Shown one piece after another: positions 1-8,054 of a stretch of DNA of 64,000 nucleotides (the stretch's first letter is position 1; each line of letters opens with the position of its first letter). Location of the stretch: assembly GCA_009694195.1 (NCBI GenBank), contig SHVQ01000009.1:10294-74293 (forward strand), in the 5' to 3' direction. A program made the translations under genes and the position numbers. Source of the stretch: Rhodospirillales bacterium. GTDB taxonomy: Bacteria; Pseudomonadota; Alphaproteobacteria; Rhodospirillales; SHVQ01. A model generated the notes under the pieces. It saw only the letters and a list, made by a program, of their open reading frames with translations. It was not told the DNA's origin and ran no database searches.

Positions 1-639
1 ACCGCGGCCAATGCCGTTTTGAAAGTTCTGGAAGAGCCGCCGACGCGCGCGATTCTGCTCCTCGTCTCCCACAATCCGGGGCGTCTTTTGCCGACCATCC
101 GGTCGCGCTGCCGCAGGCTTCCGCTACAGCCCTTGCCGACCGAAACCGTGATGGCTTTGCTGCAAGACTATCGGCCGGACCTTGAAGAGGCCGCGATCGC
201 CGATCTCGCGCGGCTTGCCGACGGCAGCATCGGGCGTGCGCTCACGCTCGCCCAGGAAGGCGGCCTCGACGTCTTCGACAAGCTCGCGCATTTGTTCGAG
301 TCGCTGCCGGAGCTCGATATTCCGGCACTCAGCAAGCTCGCCGAGCGGATTGGTAAGACAGATGCCGATGCCAGCTATCAGGCGGCCGTCGACCTCGTCT
401 TGCGCTGGCTTAATCGCGTGCTGGGCGAGGCAGCCGAGGCGACGCGCGAGAACACCGGTCTCTCCGGGCGCGAAGCTCAGTTCGTCCGGCGAATTGCCGG
501 CTTCGCGCGTCTTGATCGCTGGCTGGAGGTGTGGGACAAAATCGCGACCTTGCTCCGCCGGACGGAGAGCTCCAATCTCGACCGTAAGCAGGTGTTTTTG
601 AACGTATTTTTGACGATTGAGACCGCCGTCCGCCGGTGA
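1..639 (+). CDS. holB: DNA polymerase III subunit delta-prime, C-terminal part (5' end lies outside window)
   Basis: Frame 1 is open from nt 1 and reads TAANAVLKVLEEPP..LLLVSHNPGRLLPTIRSRCRRL, the clamp-loader delta-prime motifs. It is followed by metG, as is usual. Confidence 0.85.
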   Translation, partial: TAANAVLKVLEEPPTRAILLLVSHNPGRLLPTIRSRCRRLPLQPLPTETVMALLQDYRPDLEEAAIADLARLADGSIGRALTLAQEGGLDVFDKLAHLFESLPELDIPALSKLAERIGKTDADASYQAAVDLVLRWLNRVLGEAAEATRENTGLSGREAQFVRRIAGFARLDRWLEVWDKIATLLRRTESSNLDRKQVFLNVFLTIETAVRR

Positions 640-709
640 GACAGACCCGAGGGGCGTTCCCGGGCGCCCCATATCGGAGAATTGATGCCGCCCGGCCTAA
701 GGAGGGGCC

Positions 710-2272
710 ATGGCCCCGAAGCGCTTTTACGTGACGTCGCCGATCTACTACGTGAACGACGCGCCCCACATCGGGCACGCGTACACGACGCTCGCCTGCG
801 ACGTGCTCGCCCGCTTCAAGCGGCTCGACGGCTTCGAGGTCAAGTTCTTGACCGGCACCGACGAGCACGGCCAGAAGGTCGAGAAGTCGGCCGCCACTGC
901 CGGCATGGACCCGAAGGCCTTCACCGACAAGGTTTCGCAGAATTTCCGCGATCTCGCGGGCGCCATGAACTACAGCAACGACGACTTCATCCGGACGACC
1001 GAGCCGCGCCACGCCCGCGCCTGCCAGGCCTTGTGGCAGCGCCTGGAAGCGAGCGGCGACATCACGCTCGGGAAGTATGCCGGCTGGTACGCGGTCCGCG
1101 ACGAGGCCTTCTACGCCGAGAGCGAGCTCGCGACCGACAAGGAGGGCCGAAAAACAGCACCCTCGGGCGCGCCGGTCGAGTGGGTCGAGGAGCCGAGCTA
1201 TTTCTTCCGGCTCTCGGCCTGGCAGGACCGGCTTCTCCGGTTCTACGACGAGCACCCGGATTTCATCCTGCCGCCGACCCGCCGCAACGAAGTCGTGAGC
1301 TTCGTCAAAGGTGGGCTCGACGACCTCTCGGTCTCGCGCACGAGCTTCCGCTGGGGCGTGCCGGTGCCCGGCAACGACGCCCACATCATGTACGTGTGGC
1401 TGGACGCGCTCACCAACTACATGACCGCGGTCGGCTATCCCGACACGGACGCACGCGAATTCAAGACCTTTTGGCCGGCCGATCTCCACATGGTCGGGAA
1501 GGACATCCTCCGCTTTCACGCCGTCTATTGGCCGGCCTTTTTGATGGCTGCCGACCTGCCGCCGCCCCGGCGCGTGTACGCTCACGGCTGGTGGACGAAC
1601 GAGGGGCGAAAGATATCGAAGTCGCTCGGCAACGTAATCGACCCGTTGCAACTGATCGCGAAATACGGGCTCGACCAGGTGCGCTATTTCCTCCTCCGCG
1701 AAGTTCCGTTCGGCAACGACGGCGACTACTCCCACCGCGCCATGGTCAACCGCATGAACGGCGAGCTCGCCAACGACTTCGGCAATCTCGCCCAGCGCGT
1801 CCTCTCCATGATCGCCAGAAATTGCGGGGGCCGGGTGCCGGAGCCGGGCCCGCTCGCGGCCGACGACCGCGCGCTCCTCGATCAAGCCTACGGGCTCTTG
1901 GACGCGGTGCGCCAACGGATGGACGTGCAGGCCTTCCACGAATGCCTGGAGACCTTGTGGGTGGTCGTGCGGGCGGCCAATGCCTATGTGGACCGGCAGG
2001 CACCGTGGAAGCTCCGGAAGGAGGACCCGGCCCGCATGGGGACCGTGCTCTACGCGCTCACGGAGACCATCCGGTCGCTCGCGCTCCTCGCCCAGCCCTT
2101 CATGCCGGATTCATCCGCGCACATGCTTGACCAGGTGGCGGTCGCGCCCGAGAAGCGCGCCTTCGCCGCGTTCGGCCGCGCGCACGCCCTCAAGCCCGGC
2201 ACCCTGCTGCCGGCGCCCGCGCCCGTGTTCCCGCGGTTCGCCGAGGAGGAGGGGGTCGGCAAGTCTGCCTGA
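710..2272 (+). CDS. metG: methionine--tRNA ligase (short form without C-terminal tRNA-binding domain)
   Basis: 520-aa ORF. YVTSPIYYVNDAPHIGHAYTT carries the class I HIGH motif and GRKISKSLGN the KMSKS-type loop. An AGGAGG RBS lies just upstream. Confidence 0.95.
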   Translation: MAPKRFYVTSPIYYVNDAPHIGHAYTTLACDVLARFKRLDGFEVKFLTGTDEHGQKVEKSAATAGMDPKAFTDKVSQNFRDLAGAMNYSNDDFIRTTEPRHARACQALWQRLEASGDITLGKYAGWYAVRDEAFYAESELATDKEGRKTAPSGAPVEWVEEPSYFFRLSAWQDRLLRFYDEHPDFILPPTRRNEVVSFVKGGLDDLSVSRTSFRWGVPVPGNDAHIMYVWLDALTNYMTAVGYPDTDAREFKTFWPADLHMVGKDILRFHAVYWPAFLMAADLPPPRRVYAHGWWTNEGRKISKSLGNVIDPLQLIAKYGLDQVRYFLLREVPFGNDGDYSHRAMVNRMNGELANDFGNLAQRVLSMIARNCGGRVPEPGPLAADDRALLDQAYGLLDAVRQRMDVQAFHECLETLWVVVRAANAYVDRQAPWKLRKEDPARMGTVLYALTETIRSLALLAQPFMPDSSAHMLDQVAVAPEKRAFAAFGRAHALKPGTLLPAPAPVFPRFAEEEGVGKSA

Positions 2273-2311
2273 CGCCGGACCCGGGCCGTCTTCCCCCGCC
2301 ATATGTAAAAC

Positions 2312-2359
2312 CAGGGTATTTTAGCTACCCTGTTTATTGATTCCGGGTAAAAAATACCC
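2312..2359. promoter_or_regulatory. two inverted repeats sharing the half-site GGGTA/TACCC (CAGGGTA-N7-TACCCTG and GGGTA-N5-TACCC) in an AT-rich patch upstream of the DUF4160 gene; putative operator
   Basis: Read directly: 2312-2332 cagggtattttagctaccctg and 2345-2359 gggtaaaaaataccc. They lie 20-65 nt upstream of the 2378 start. The downstream partner protein carries an HTH. Confidence 0.35.
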
Positions 2360-2377
2360 TATGTTGTCGGTGTCGAG

Positions 2378-2617
2378 GTGGGGCCGGCCGTGCCGACACT
2401 GAAGGACTTCGAAGGATTTCGGATCATGATGCACATCGGCGATCACAACCCGCCCCACGTTCACATCATCGCGGGCGCCGCGCGGGCAACGGTGACGATC
2501 CGCGAGGGTGCTGTGATTGCGGGCATTGTGCCGCCGAGGATACTTCGCCGCGCGCGAGCGTGGATCGCGGAACACCGCGCAGCGTTGTTGGTGAGATGGG
2601 ACCAGTTGCAGGCATAG
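2378..2617 (+). CDS. DUF4160 domain protein
   Basis: 79 aa. FRIMMHIGDHNPPHVHI...ARAWIAEHRAALLVRWDQL matches the characteristic DHNPPHxH core of DUF4160. The true start may be the GTG about 12 nt downstream. Confidence 0.75.
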   Translation: MGPAVPTLKDFEGFRIMMHIGDHNPPHVHIIAGAARATVTIREGAVIAGIVPPRILRRARAWIAEHRAALLVRWDQLQA

Positions 2618-2629
2618 AAGGGTGAGGCG

Positions 2630-3115
2630 ATGACCGATTTGCCTTCGATTAAAACCGTTGAAACTCTCCCGGAGCCGTACCGGCTTCGTATAGCGTTCCG
2701 CGACGGCCGCACCGCCGATGTGGACCTGCAGGGGATCGTCCACCGCTACCAGGCGCTGGCGCCCGTGCGGGACCCCGAGCGCTTCCGCGCCGTGCGGATG
2801 ATCCGCTACGGCCACGGCATCACCTGGGGCAACGATCTCGACGTTTCGGCCGACACGCTCTCGGCCCTCGCCGACGCTCAGGCGCCGTTCGCGGCGGACG
2901 ACTTTCGCCGATGGCAGGAGACGGCCCGGCTCTCGAACCAGGAGGCGGCGGACGTCCTTGGGCTCTCGATCGAGACCATCAAGAAGTACCGTGCCGGCTC
3001 TCGGATCCCCGCGGTGGTCGCGCTTGCCTGCCGCGCGACCCAGCACGCCCCGGCGTTGCTTGCGGCCCGTTTTCGGCCGCGCCGGGCGGGTCGCCCGCGT
3101 AAAGCCGCAGCGTAA
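2630..3115 (+). CDS. DUF2442 domain protein fused to a C-terminal XRE-type helix-turn-helix
   Basis: 161 aa. The N-terminal IKTVETLPEPYRLRIAFRDGRTADVDL is DUF2442-like. The C-terminal RRWQETARLSNQEAADVLGLSIETIKKYRAGSRIP is a typical XRE HTH. It starts 12 nt after the DUF4160 stop. Confidence 0.7.
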   Translation: MTDLPSIKTVETLPEPYRLRIAFRDGRTADVDLQGIVHRYQALAPVRDPERFRAVRMIRYGHGITWGNDLDVSADTLSALADAQAPFAADDFRRWQETARLSNQEAADVLGLSIETIKKYRAGSRIPAVVALACRATQHAPALLAARFRPRRAGRPRKAAA

Positions 3116-3143
3116 CGCCCGCCCCCCGTGTTTCCCGTCTGCT

Positions 3144-3833
3144 TCAGCCCTTGCGCCAGACGGTCGCGAGCCACGGCTGCCGGTCGCGCGGGAGCCCGGC
3201 CGGGCGGTAGTAGTGCCCGAGCTCCGCAAATCCGGCAGCATTGACGTATTCGCGCCAGGCGTCGAGATCGAAGAAGCAGCCGTAGCGATCGCCGTTCAGG
3301 CCTTCCTCGTTGTTTCCTCGCGGGTTCGAGCAGAAGAGGACGCCACGGGGCCGCAAGCAGGCGGCGAGCTCCCGCAATACCCGCGGCAGCGCCAGGCTCG
3401 GCACGTGGAACAGCGCGGCATTCGCGAACACGCCGTCGAAACGGCCCTCGGGCAATGCCATCGCGAGAAAATCCTGATGCAAAACCTCGCAGCCGGAATA
3501 GGCGCGCGCCATGGCGACGAACGCCTCGGATCCGTCGAGGCCCACCGCGTCATGGCCGAGGGCGCGAAAATAGCGGAGGTCCCGGCCCGGCCCGCAACCG
3601 AGATCGAGAATGGCGTACGGAGGTTGGCCCTCGATCGCATCGAGCAGCGCCGCATAGTTCTGGCTGACGTCGTGATCCCGGGTGCCGTCCCAATACGCGC
3701 GGGCTTCCCGCTCGTAGTGGGCGATCGTCACTGCCGAAAAACGACGCAGCCGCTCCGCATCGGCTGGCGGCAGCACCTCCTTATCGCGCTCGTCCTTCCG
3801 GCCGCTGCCTCCCACCGCTACGCTCAACCTCAA
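3144..3833 (-). CDS. class I SAM-dependent methyltransferase (small-molecule type)
   Basis: 229 aa. ILDLGCGPGRDLRYF is SAM-binding motif I and VFANAALFHVP is motif post-II. No DPPY/NPPY DNA-methylase motif is present. Confidence 0.8.
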   Translation of the reverse strand: MRLSVAVGGSGRKDERDKEVLPPADAERLRRFSAVTIAHYEREARAYWDGTRDHDVSQNYAALLDAIEGQPPYAILDLGCGPGRDLRYFRALGHDAVGLDGSEAFVAMARAYSGCEVLHQDFLAMALPEGRFDGVFANAALFHVPSLALPRVLRELAACLRPRGVLFCSNPRGNNEEGLNGDRYGCFFDLDAWREYVNAAGFAELGHYYRPAGLPRDRQPWLATVWRKG

Positions 3834-3872
3834 GTGTTCGTATATCGATTTTGGATGCTACTGTGGCGCGCC

Positions 3873-4163
3873 ATGCCGAGTGGCAAGGCCTTCGCGGAGG
3901 CAAAATCCATGTTGCTGATGAAATCCGTCGCCGTGCCGATCGACGAGATATACATCCCGATGAAGCTCCGCAAGGCGTTCAACGCCGACAAGGTGCAGGA
4001 GCTTGCGGAAAGCATCCTCGAGCGCGGCTTGATTACGCCGATCCAGGTGCGTCGCGACGACGCCCGGTATGTCCTGGTCACCGGGCTGCATCGGCTCGAG
4101 GCGGCAAGGGTGCTGGGCGAAAAGACAATCGACGCCCTGATCGTCCAGGCACGCAGCCACTAA
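3873..4163 (+). CDS. stand-alone ParB/Sulfiredoxin-like N-terminal domain protein
   Basis: About 96 aa from the ATG at 3873 (alternative ATG at 3909). VPIDEIYIPMKLRKAFNADKVQELAESILERGLITPIQVRR...VLVTGLHRLEAARVLG resembles the ParB N-domain, with GLHR in place of GERR. Confidence 0.6.
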   Translation: MPSGKAFAEAKSMLLMKSVAVPIDEIYIPMKLRKAFNADKVQELAESILERGLITPIQVRRDDARYVLVTGLHRLEAARVLGEKTIDALIVQARSH

Positions 4164-4253
4164 TGCATGATTCGCGAACCCCGGGCGCGCCCGGGGGGCC
4201 GCGTCCGCGTCGAGGCCGCATCGGCCGTCGCTAACGGAATTACGGGTCCGCGC

Positions 4254-4547
4254 TTACGACAGGCTGCCGACGATCTTGCGGTACTCGGCCTCGGGGAAGG
4301 CCTTCAAGGTGTTGGTCGTGATGTTCCCGCGCGAGGTCAAGGTGAGCACGAACCGGGTTACCGTCTCGTCGTTCGCCGCCTCGAGCACGAAGACCAGGTC
4401 GTACGTGCCGATGGTGAGATACCAAGACGTGAGCTTGACGCCGAATTCCTTCATCAATTTCTTGGCCGAATCGAGACGCTTTGCCGAGTCTTTGACGCTC
4501 TTGATCCCTTGGCTGGTGTAATTGGCAAGGACGATATATGAAGCCAT
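4254..4547 (-). CDS. GYD domain protein
   Basis: 97 aa from the ATG at 4547. MASYIVLANYTSQGIKSVKDSAKRLDSAKKLMKEFGVKLTSWYLTIGTYDLVFVLEA is the GYD-family signature. The longer ORF-track version adds an implausible N-terminal extension. Confidence 0.8.
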   Translation of the reverse strand: MASYIVLANYTSQGIKSVKDSAKRLDSAKKLMKEFGVKLTSWYLTIGTYDLVFVLEAANDETVTRFVLTLTSRGNITTNTLKAFPEAEYRKIVGSLS

Positions 4548-4732
4548 GACATGCCCCCTGGGTTGACGTTGTCCCGCGCTTAGTCGCAGGCCCGGCGCGG
4601 CGTTTTCCGGACGTGCGCCGGAGCCGAGTGCCGTGACAAAATAGCGCCATTCCGGGCGGTGTGCCAGCCGGCCATCATTGGGCGGCGTCCATGGGATCGG
4701 CACGCGATAGACGGATCGGGCAGGGGAACGGA

Positions 4733-5515
4733 ATGCTGGTCGACAGCCACTGCCACTTGGACTTCCCGGACTTCGCCCAAGAGCTCGATGCCGTGGTCGC
4801 GCGCGCGGGCGCGGCCGGGATCGGGACGATGCTCACCATCGGCACCAAGGTTAGCGAGTTCCCGCGGGTCCTTGCGGTCGCCGAACGCTACGAGAACGTC
4901 TTCTGCACGGTCGGCATCCACCCCCACGAAGCCGGCAGGGAGCCCGGGACGACGGCGGACGACCTCGTCCGCATGGCCGAACACCCGAAGGTGGTCGGGT
5001 TCGGCGAAACCGGGCTCGACTTCTATTACGAGCACAGCCCCAGGGACGCCCAGGAGAAGAGCTTCCGGGCCCATGCCGCGGCTGCGCGGGCGGCCGGGCT
5101 CCCGCTGATCGTCCACAGCCGCGACGCCGACGGCGAGACCTCGCGTATCCTTCAGGAGGAGCACGCGAAGGGCCCGTTCATGGGGCTCGTCCACTGCTTC
5201 ACCGGCGGGCGGGGCCTTGCCGAGGCGGCCCTCGCGATCGGCTTCCACATCTCGTTTTCGGGCATCGTCACGTTCAAGAAGGCCGACGACCTCCGCGCCA
5301 TCGCCCGCGACGTGCCCGCCGACCGCATCATGGTGGAAACGGATTCTCCCTATCTGGCGCCCGTGCCCATGCGGGGAAAGCGGAATGAGCCCGCCTTTGC
5401 CGTTCACACGGCGGCGGTCCTCGCGGGCTTGCGCGGCGTGCCGGAGGCCGATTTCAATGCCGCCACGACGGAAACCTTCTTCCGCCTGTTCACCAAGGCC
5501 ACCCGAAAGCCATAG
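4733..5515 (+). CDS. tatD: TatD family metal-dependent hydrolase
   Basis: The internal ATG gives MLVDSHCHLDFPDF... with the HxH metal motif. FGETGLDFYY and HSRDA motifs are also present. The position after metG is conserved. Confidence 0.9.
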   Translation: MLVDSHCHLDFPDFAQELDAVVARAGAAGIGTMLTIGTKVSEFPRVLAVAERYENVFCTVGIHPHEAGREPGTTADDLVRMAEHPKVVGFGETGLDFYYEHSPRDAQEKSFRAHAAAARAAGLPLIVHSRDADGETSRILQEEHAKGPFMGLVHCFTGGRGLAEAALAIGFHISFSGIVTFKKADDLRAIARDVPADRIMVETDSPYLAPVPMRGKRNEPAFAVHTAAVLAGLRGVPEADFNAATTETFFRLFTKATRKP

Positions 5516-5519
5516 CGGC

Positions 5520-6296
5520 ATGCGCGTCACCATCCTCGGTTGCGGGAGCTCGGGCGGCGTGCCTGCGGTCGGGCTCGGATGGGGCCGGTGCCGCCCGGAC
5601 AACCCGCGGAACCGACGCCTCCGGCCGTCCATTCTGGTGCAGGAGAGCTCCACTAATCTACTAGTAGACACATCGCCCGATTTGCGCCAGCAGCTCCTCA
5701 ACGCGGACGTGCGTCGCCTCGACGCGGTTCTCTATACCCACGCCCATGCCGACCACCTGCACGGGATCGACGACCTCCGCGGCATCAACCGCGCGATGCA
5801 AAGCGCCATCCCAGCCTATGCCGACGCGCCGACCTGGCAAGGCATCCGCGCCCGGTTTGCATACGCCTTGGACCCGCTCAAGCCGGATGCGACGATCATC
5901 TACAAGCCGACGCTTGCCCAGCACGAGATCAAGGCGGGCGAAACGCTGACCATCGCCGGCATCCCGGTCCAGGCGTTCGATCAGAATCACGGGTATTCGC
6001 GCACCCTCGGGTTCCGGTTCGGCCCGATCGCGTACTCGACAGACCTGGTCGACCTCCCGGAGGAAGCGTTCGAAGCTCTGGCCGGGGTTCGCACCTGGAT
6101 CATTGGGGTCTTGAGCGAGACCCCACACCCGACCCACGCCCACGTGGAAAAAGCCCTCGGGTGGATCAAAAGGGTGGGTCCGACGCGGGCCGTGCTGACC
6201 CACCTGAGCCCGGACCTCGACTACGACGAGCTCATGAAGCAAGTCCCGAAGGGCGTCGAAGCGGCCTACGACGGGATGGCTCTCGAAGAGGGATGA
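5520..6296 (+). CDS. MBL-fold metallo-hydrolase (PhnP/GPMB-like)
   Basis: MRVTILGCGSSGGVP... with the HAHADHLHG (HxHxDH) motif. It starts 5 nt after the tatD stop. Confidence 0.85.
   Translation: MRVTILGCGSSGGVPAVGLGWGRCRPDNPRNRRLRPSILVQESSTNLLVDTSPDLRQQLLNADVRRLDAVLYTHAHADHLHGIDDLRGINRAMQSAIPAYADAPTWQGIRARFAYALDPLKPDATIIYKPTLAQHEIKAGETLTIAGIPVQAFDQNHGYSRTLGFRFGPIAYSTDLVDLPEEAFEALAGVRTWIIGVLSETPHPTHAHVEKALGWIKRVGPTRAVLTHLSPDLDYDELMKQVPKGVEAAYDGMALEEG
5657..5668. repeat. 12-bp perfect palindrome TCTACTAGTAGA embedded in the MBL CDS
   Basis: Read directly. It encodes NLLVD with the AT-rich codons CTA CTA GTA. It has the same core as the two copies at 10170-10214. Confidence 0.9.
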
Positions 6297-6505
6297 GATT
6301 TCGGCCCGGAAGCGGGGAATTTTCGCCGCTATGGGAGCTTAGCCGTACCGTGTAAGTCTCTGGTGTCTAAATCGGGTTTCATATTTTCCATAATATACAT
6401 TATGCGACAATCGGATTTTATCGGCCACCAAGACCTCCGCCGGGATCGCCGCCAAAAGCCGGCCCGCCGCGGCCGCCCATCCCTCCTTTCGGGAGCGCTT
6501 CGCCC

Positions 6506-7315
6506 ATGAGCAACGCCGCCAACGCACTCGACCGCCTGATCGCCATCATGGCTGCGCTCCGGCACCCGGGGAAAGGCTGCCCGTGGGATTTGGAACAGAC
6601 GTTCGCGACCATCGCCCCCCACACCATCGAGGAAGCCTACGAGGTCGCCGACGCCATCCAGAAGCACGACATGGAGGCGCTCAAGGACGAGCTCGGCGAC
6701 CTCCTGTTTCAGGTCGTCTACCACGCCCGGATGGCACAGGAGGCCGGCACCTTCACCGTCGCCGACGTGGCTGAAGCCATCTCGGACAAGCTCGTCCGCC
6801 GCCACCCCCACGTGTTCGGCTCGGCCGTGGTCGCCGATGCCGAGGCGCAAACCCGCGCCTGGGAGGATCAGAAAGCCGAGGAACGCAGGGCGCTGGGCGG
6901 CCGGGCGGCCGGGAGCGCCCTCGACGGCGTGATCGCCGGCCTCCCCGCCCTCACCCGCGGGGTCAAATTGCAGCGTCGCGCGGCCCGGGTTGGCTTCGAT
7001 TGGGACGACGCCAAGGGCGTGCTCGCCAAGCTCCGGGAAGAGATCGAGGAGCTCACGGAGGCGATAGAGGCGAAAGACGAAGCGCGGGCGGCCGACGAGC
7101 TGGGCGATCTCCTGTTCACGGGCGTCAACCTCGCCCGCAAGCTCGGGGTCGACCCGGAATCGGCGCTCCGGGGCGCCAACGCCAAGTTCGAATCTCGCTT
7201 CCGGCGGATGGAAAAATTGCTCGCCGAAAAAGGCCTCCGCTGCGAGGCCGCGACTCTTGACCAGATGGAGGCGGCCTGGGGCGAAGCGAAACGCGGCGAC
7301 AAAGCGGTTGGCTAG
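6506..7315 (+). CDS. mazG: nucleoside triphosphate pyrophosphohydrolase MazG
   Basis: 269 aa. LDRLIAIMAALRHPGKGCPWDLEQTFATIAPHTIEEAYEVADAI plus a second EEL/ELGDLLF repeat gives the tandem MazG domains. Confidence 0.9.
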   Translation: MSNAANALDRLIAIMAALRHPGKGCPWDLEQTFATIAPHTIEEAYEVADAIQKHDMEALKDELGDLLFQVVYHARMAQEAGTFTVADVAEAISDKLVRRHPHVFGSAVVADAEAQTRAWEDQKAEERRALGGRAAGSALDGVIAGLPALTRGVKLQRRAARVGFDWDDAKGVLAKLREEIEELTEAIEAKDEARAADELGDLLFTGVNLARKLGVDPESALRGANAKFESRFRRMEKLLAEKGLRCEAATLDQMEAAWGEAKRGDKAVG

Positions 7316-7393
7316 CGGGCCTCGACGCGCTTGCCGCGAGGGGCCTGGCCGGACTAGGGTTTCGGGCCGGGCATAGCAGCCGCGGCAAGTCTT

Positions 7394-7765
7394 ATGAATT
7401 TGCAGATGAAAAGGCTTTTCCGCCTGCTCCCGCTCGGGATCGCCCTCGCGATCGCCCTCGGCGGGTGCTATTTCCCGGTCCGTTTCGACGCCGAGATTGA
7501 GATCGACCGCGGTGGCTATTACTCCATGATCTTCAACGGCTACTTGGCGAAGGTCCCGCTTTACGCAGATCTCCGTCAGAACAAGCTCTCCCTCGCCCAG
7601 GAGAATGAGCGCGTCGAGCAGGTCAAGTCGGACCTAGTCCGCGACTCTTCGACCAAGGAGTTCCAGTACCATCGCCAAGGCCTGTTCAAGCTGCACTGGG
7701 AAAAGCAGGGCGACCTCCTGAAGGCGAAGTTTATTAGCTTCATCCGGCGAACGAAAACATGCTGA
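7394..7765 (+). CDS. putative lipoprotein (N-terminal part, or the first of two overlapping genes)
   Basis: Signal peptide plus lipobox, LGIALAIALGGC. The ORF ends at the TGA 7763-7765, overlapping the next ORF by 7 nt. Confidence 0.55.
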   Translation: MNLQMKRLFRLLPLGIALAIALGGCYFPVRFDAEIEIDRGGYYSMIFNGYLAKVPLYADLRQNKLSLAQENERVEQVKSDLVRDSSTKEFQYHRQGLFKLHWEKQGDLLKAKFISFIRRTKTC

Positions 7766-8022
7766 GCGTCATGTACGTGGACGATTCCCGCGCGGTCACC
7801 ATTCAAGGGGCGGCCATCGCGGACAAAATCTCGAAGCAGCTCCGCGACATCGGCCTCGACATGCAGGGCGACATCCGGGTGATCACCGACGCCAAGGTGG
7901 TGAGCCACAACGCGGCCAACGAGCAGCCCTTCCCGAAGAAAGGGCCCAAATTCAAAATGTATACGTGGAAGCTCCGGAGCATCGACGACCCGACGCCCAA
8001 GATGCTGATCGTGCTGCAGTAG
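7759..8022 (+). CDS. hypothetical protein (possible frameshifted continuation of the 7394 lipoprotein)
   Basis: 87-aa ORF in a different frame, with its ATG at 7759 inside ACATGCTGA. No signal peptide of its own. Coding-like composition. Confidence 0.45.
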   Translation: MLSVMYVDDSRAVTIQGAAIADKISKQLRDIGLDMQGDIRVITDAKVVSHNAANEQPFPKKGPKFKMYTWKLRSIDDPTPKMLIVLQ

Positions 8023-8054
8023 CGGGGCCGACGCCACCCCCGCCCTACGCGGCG

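Noticed and set aside
410-1939. 509-aa ORF antisense to metG. There are similar very long antisense ORFs at 27520-29484, 30122-31786, 33372-34220, 34934-35974, 37551-38822, 43644-44996 and 46336-48060.
   Set aside because: Each lies opposite a gene with clear family motifs. Their translations are Arg/Gly/Ala/Pro-rich low-complexity strings with no motifs. This is the classic stop-codon-poor shadow frame of GC-rich DNA.
3144-4163. Methyltransferase plus divergent ParB-like gene considered as a restriction-modification or defence pair.
   Set aside because: The methyltransferase has small-molecule-type motifs (ILDLGCGPG, Methyltransf_11/25-like) and no DPPY/NPPY or target-recognition region. 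No nuclease or ATPase partner is present.
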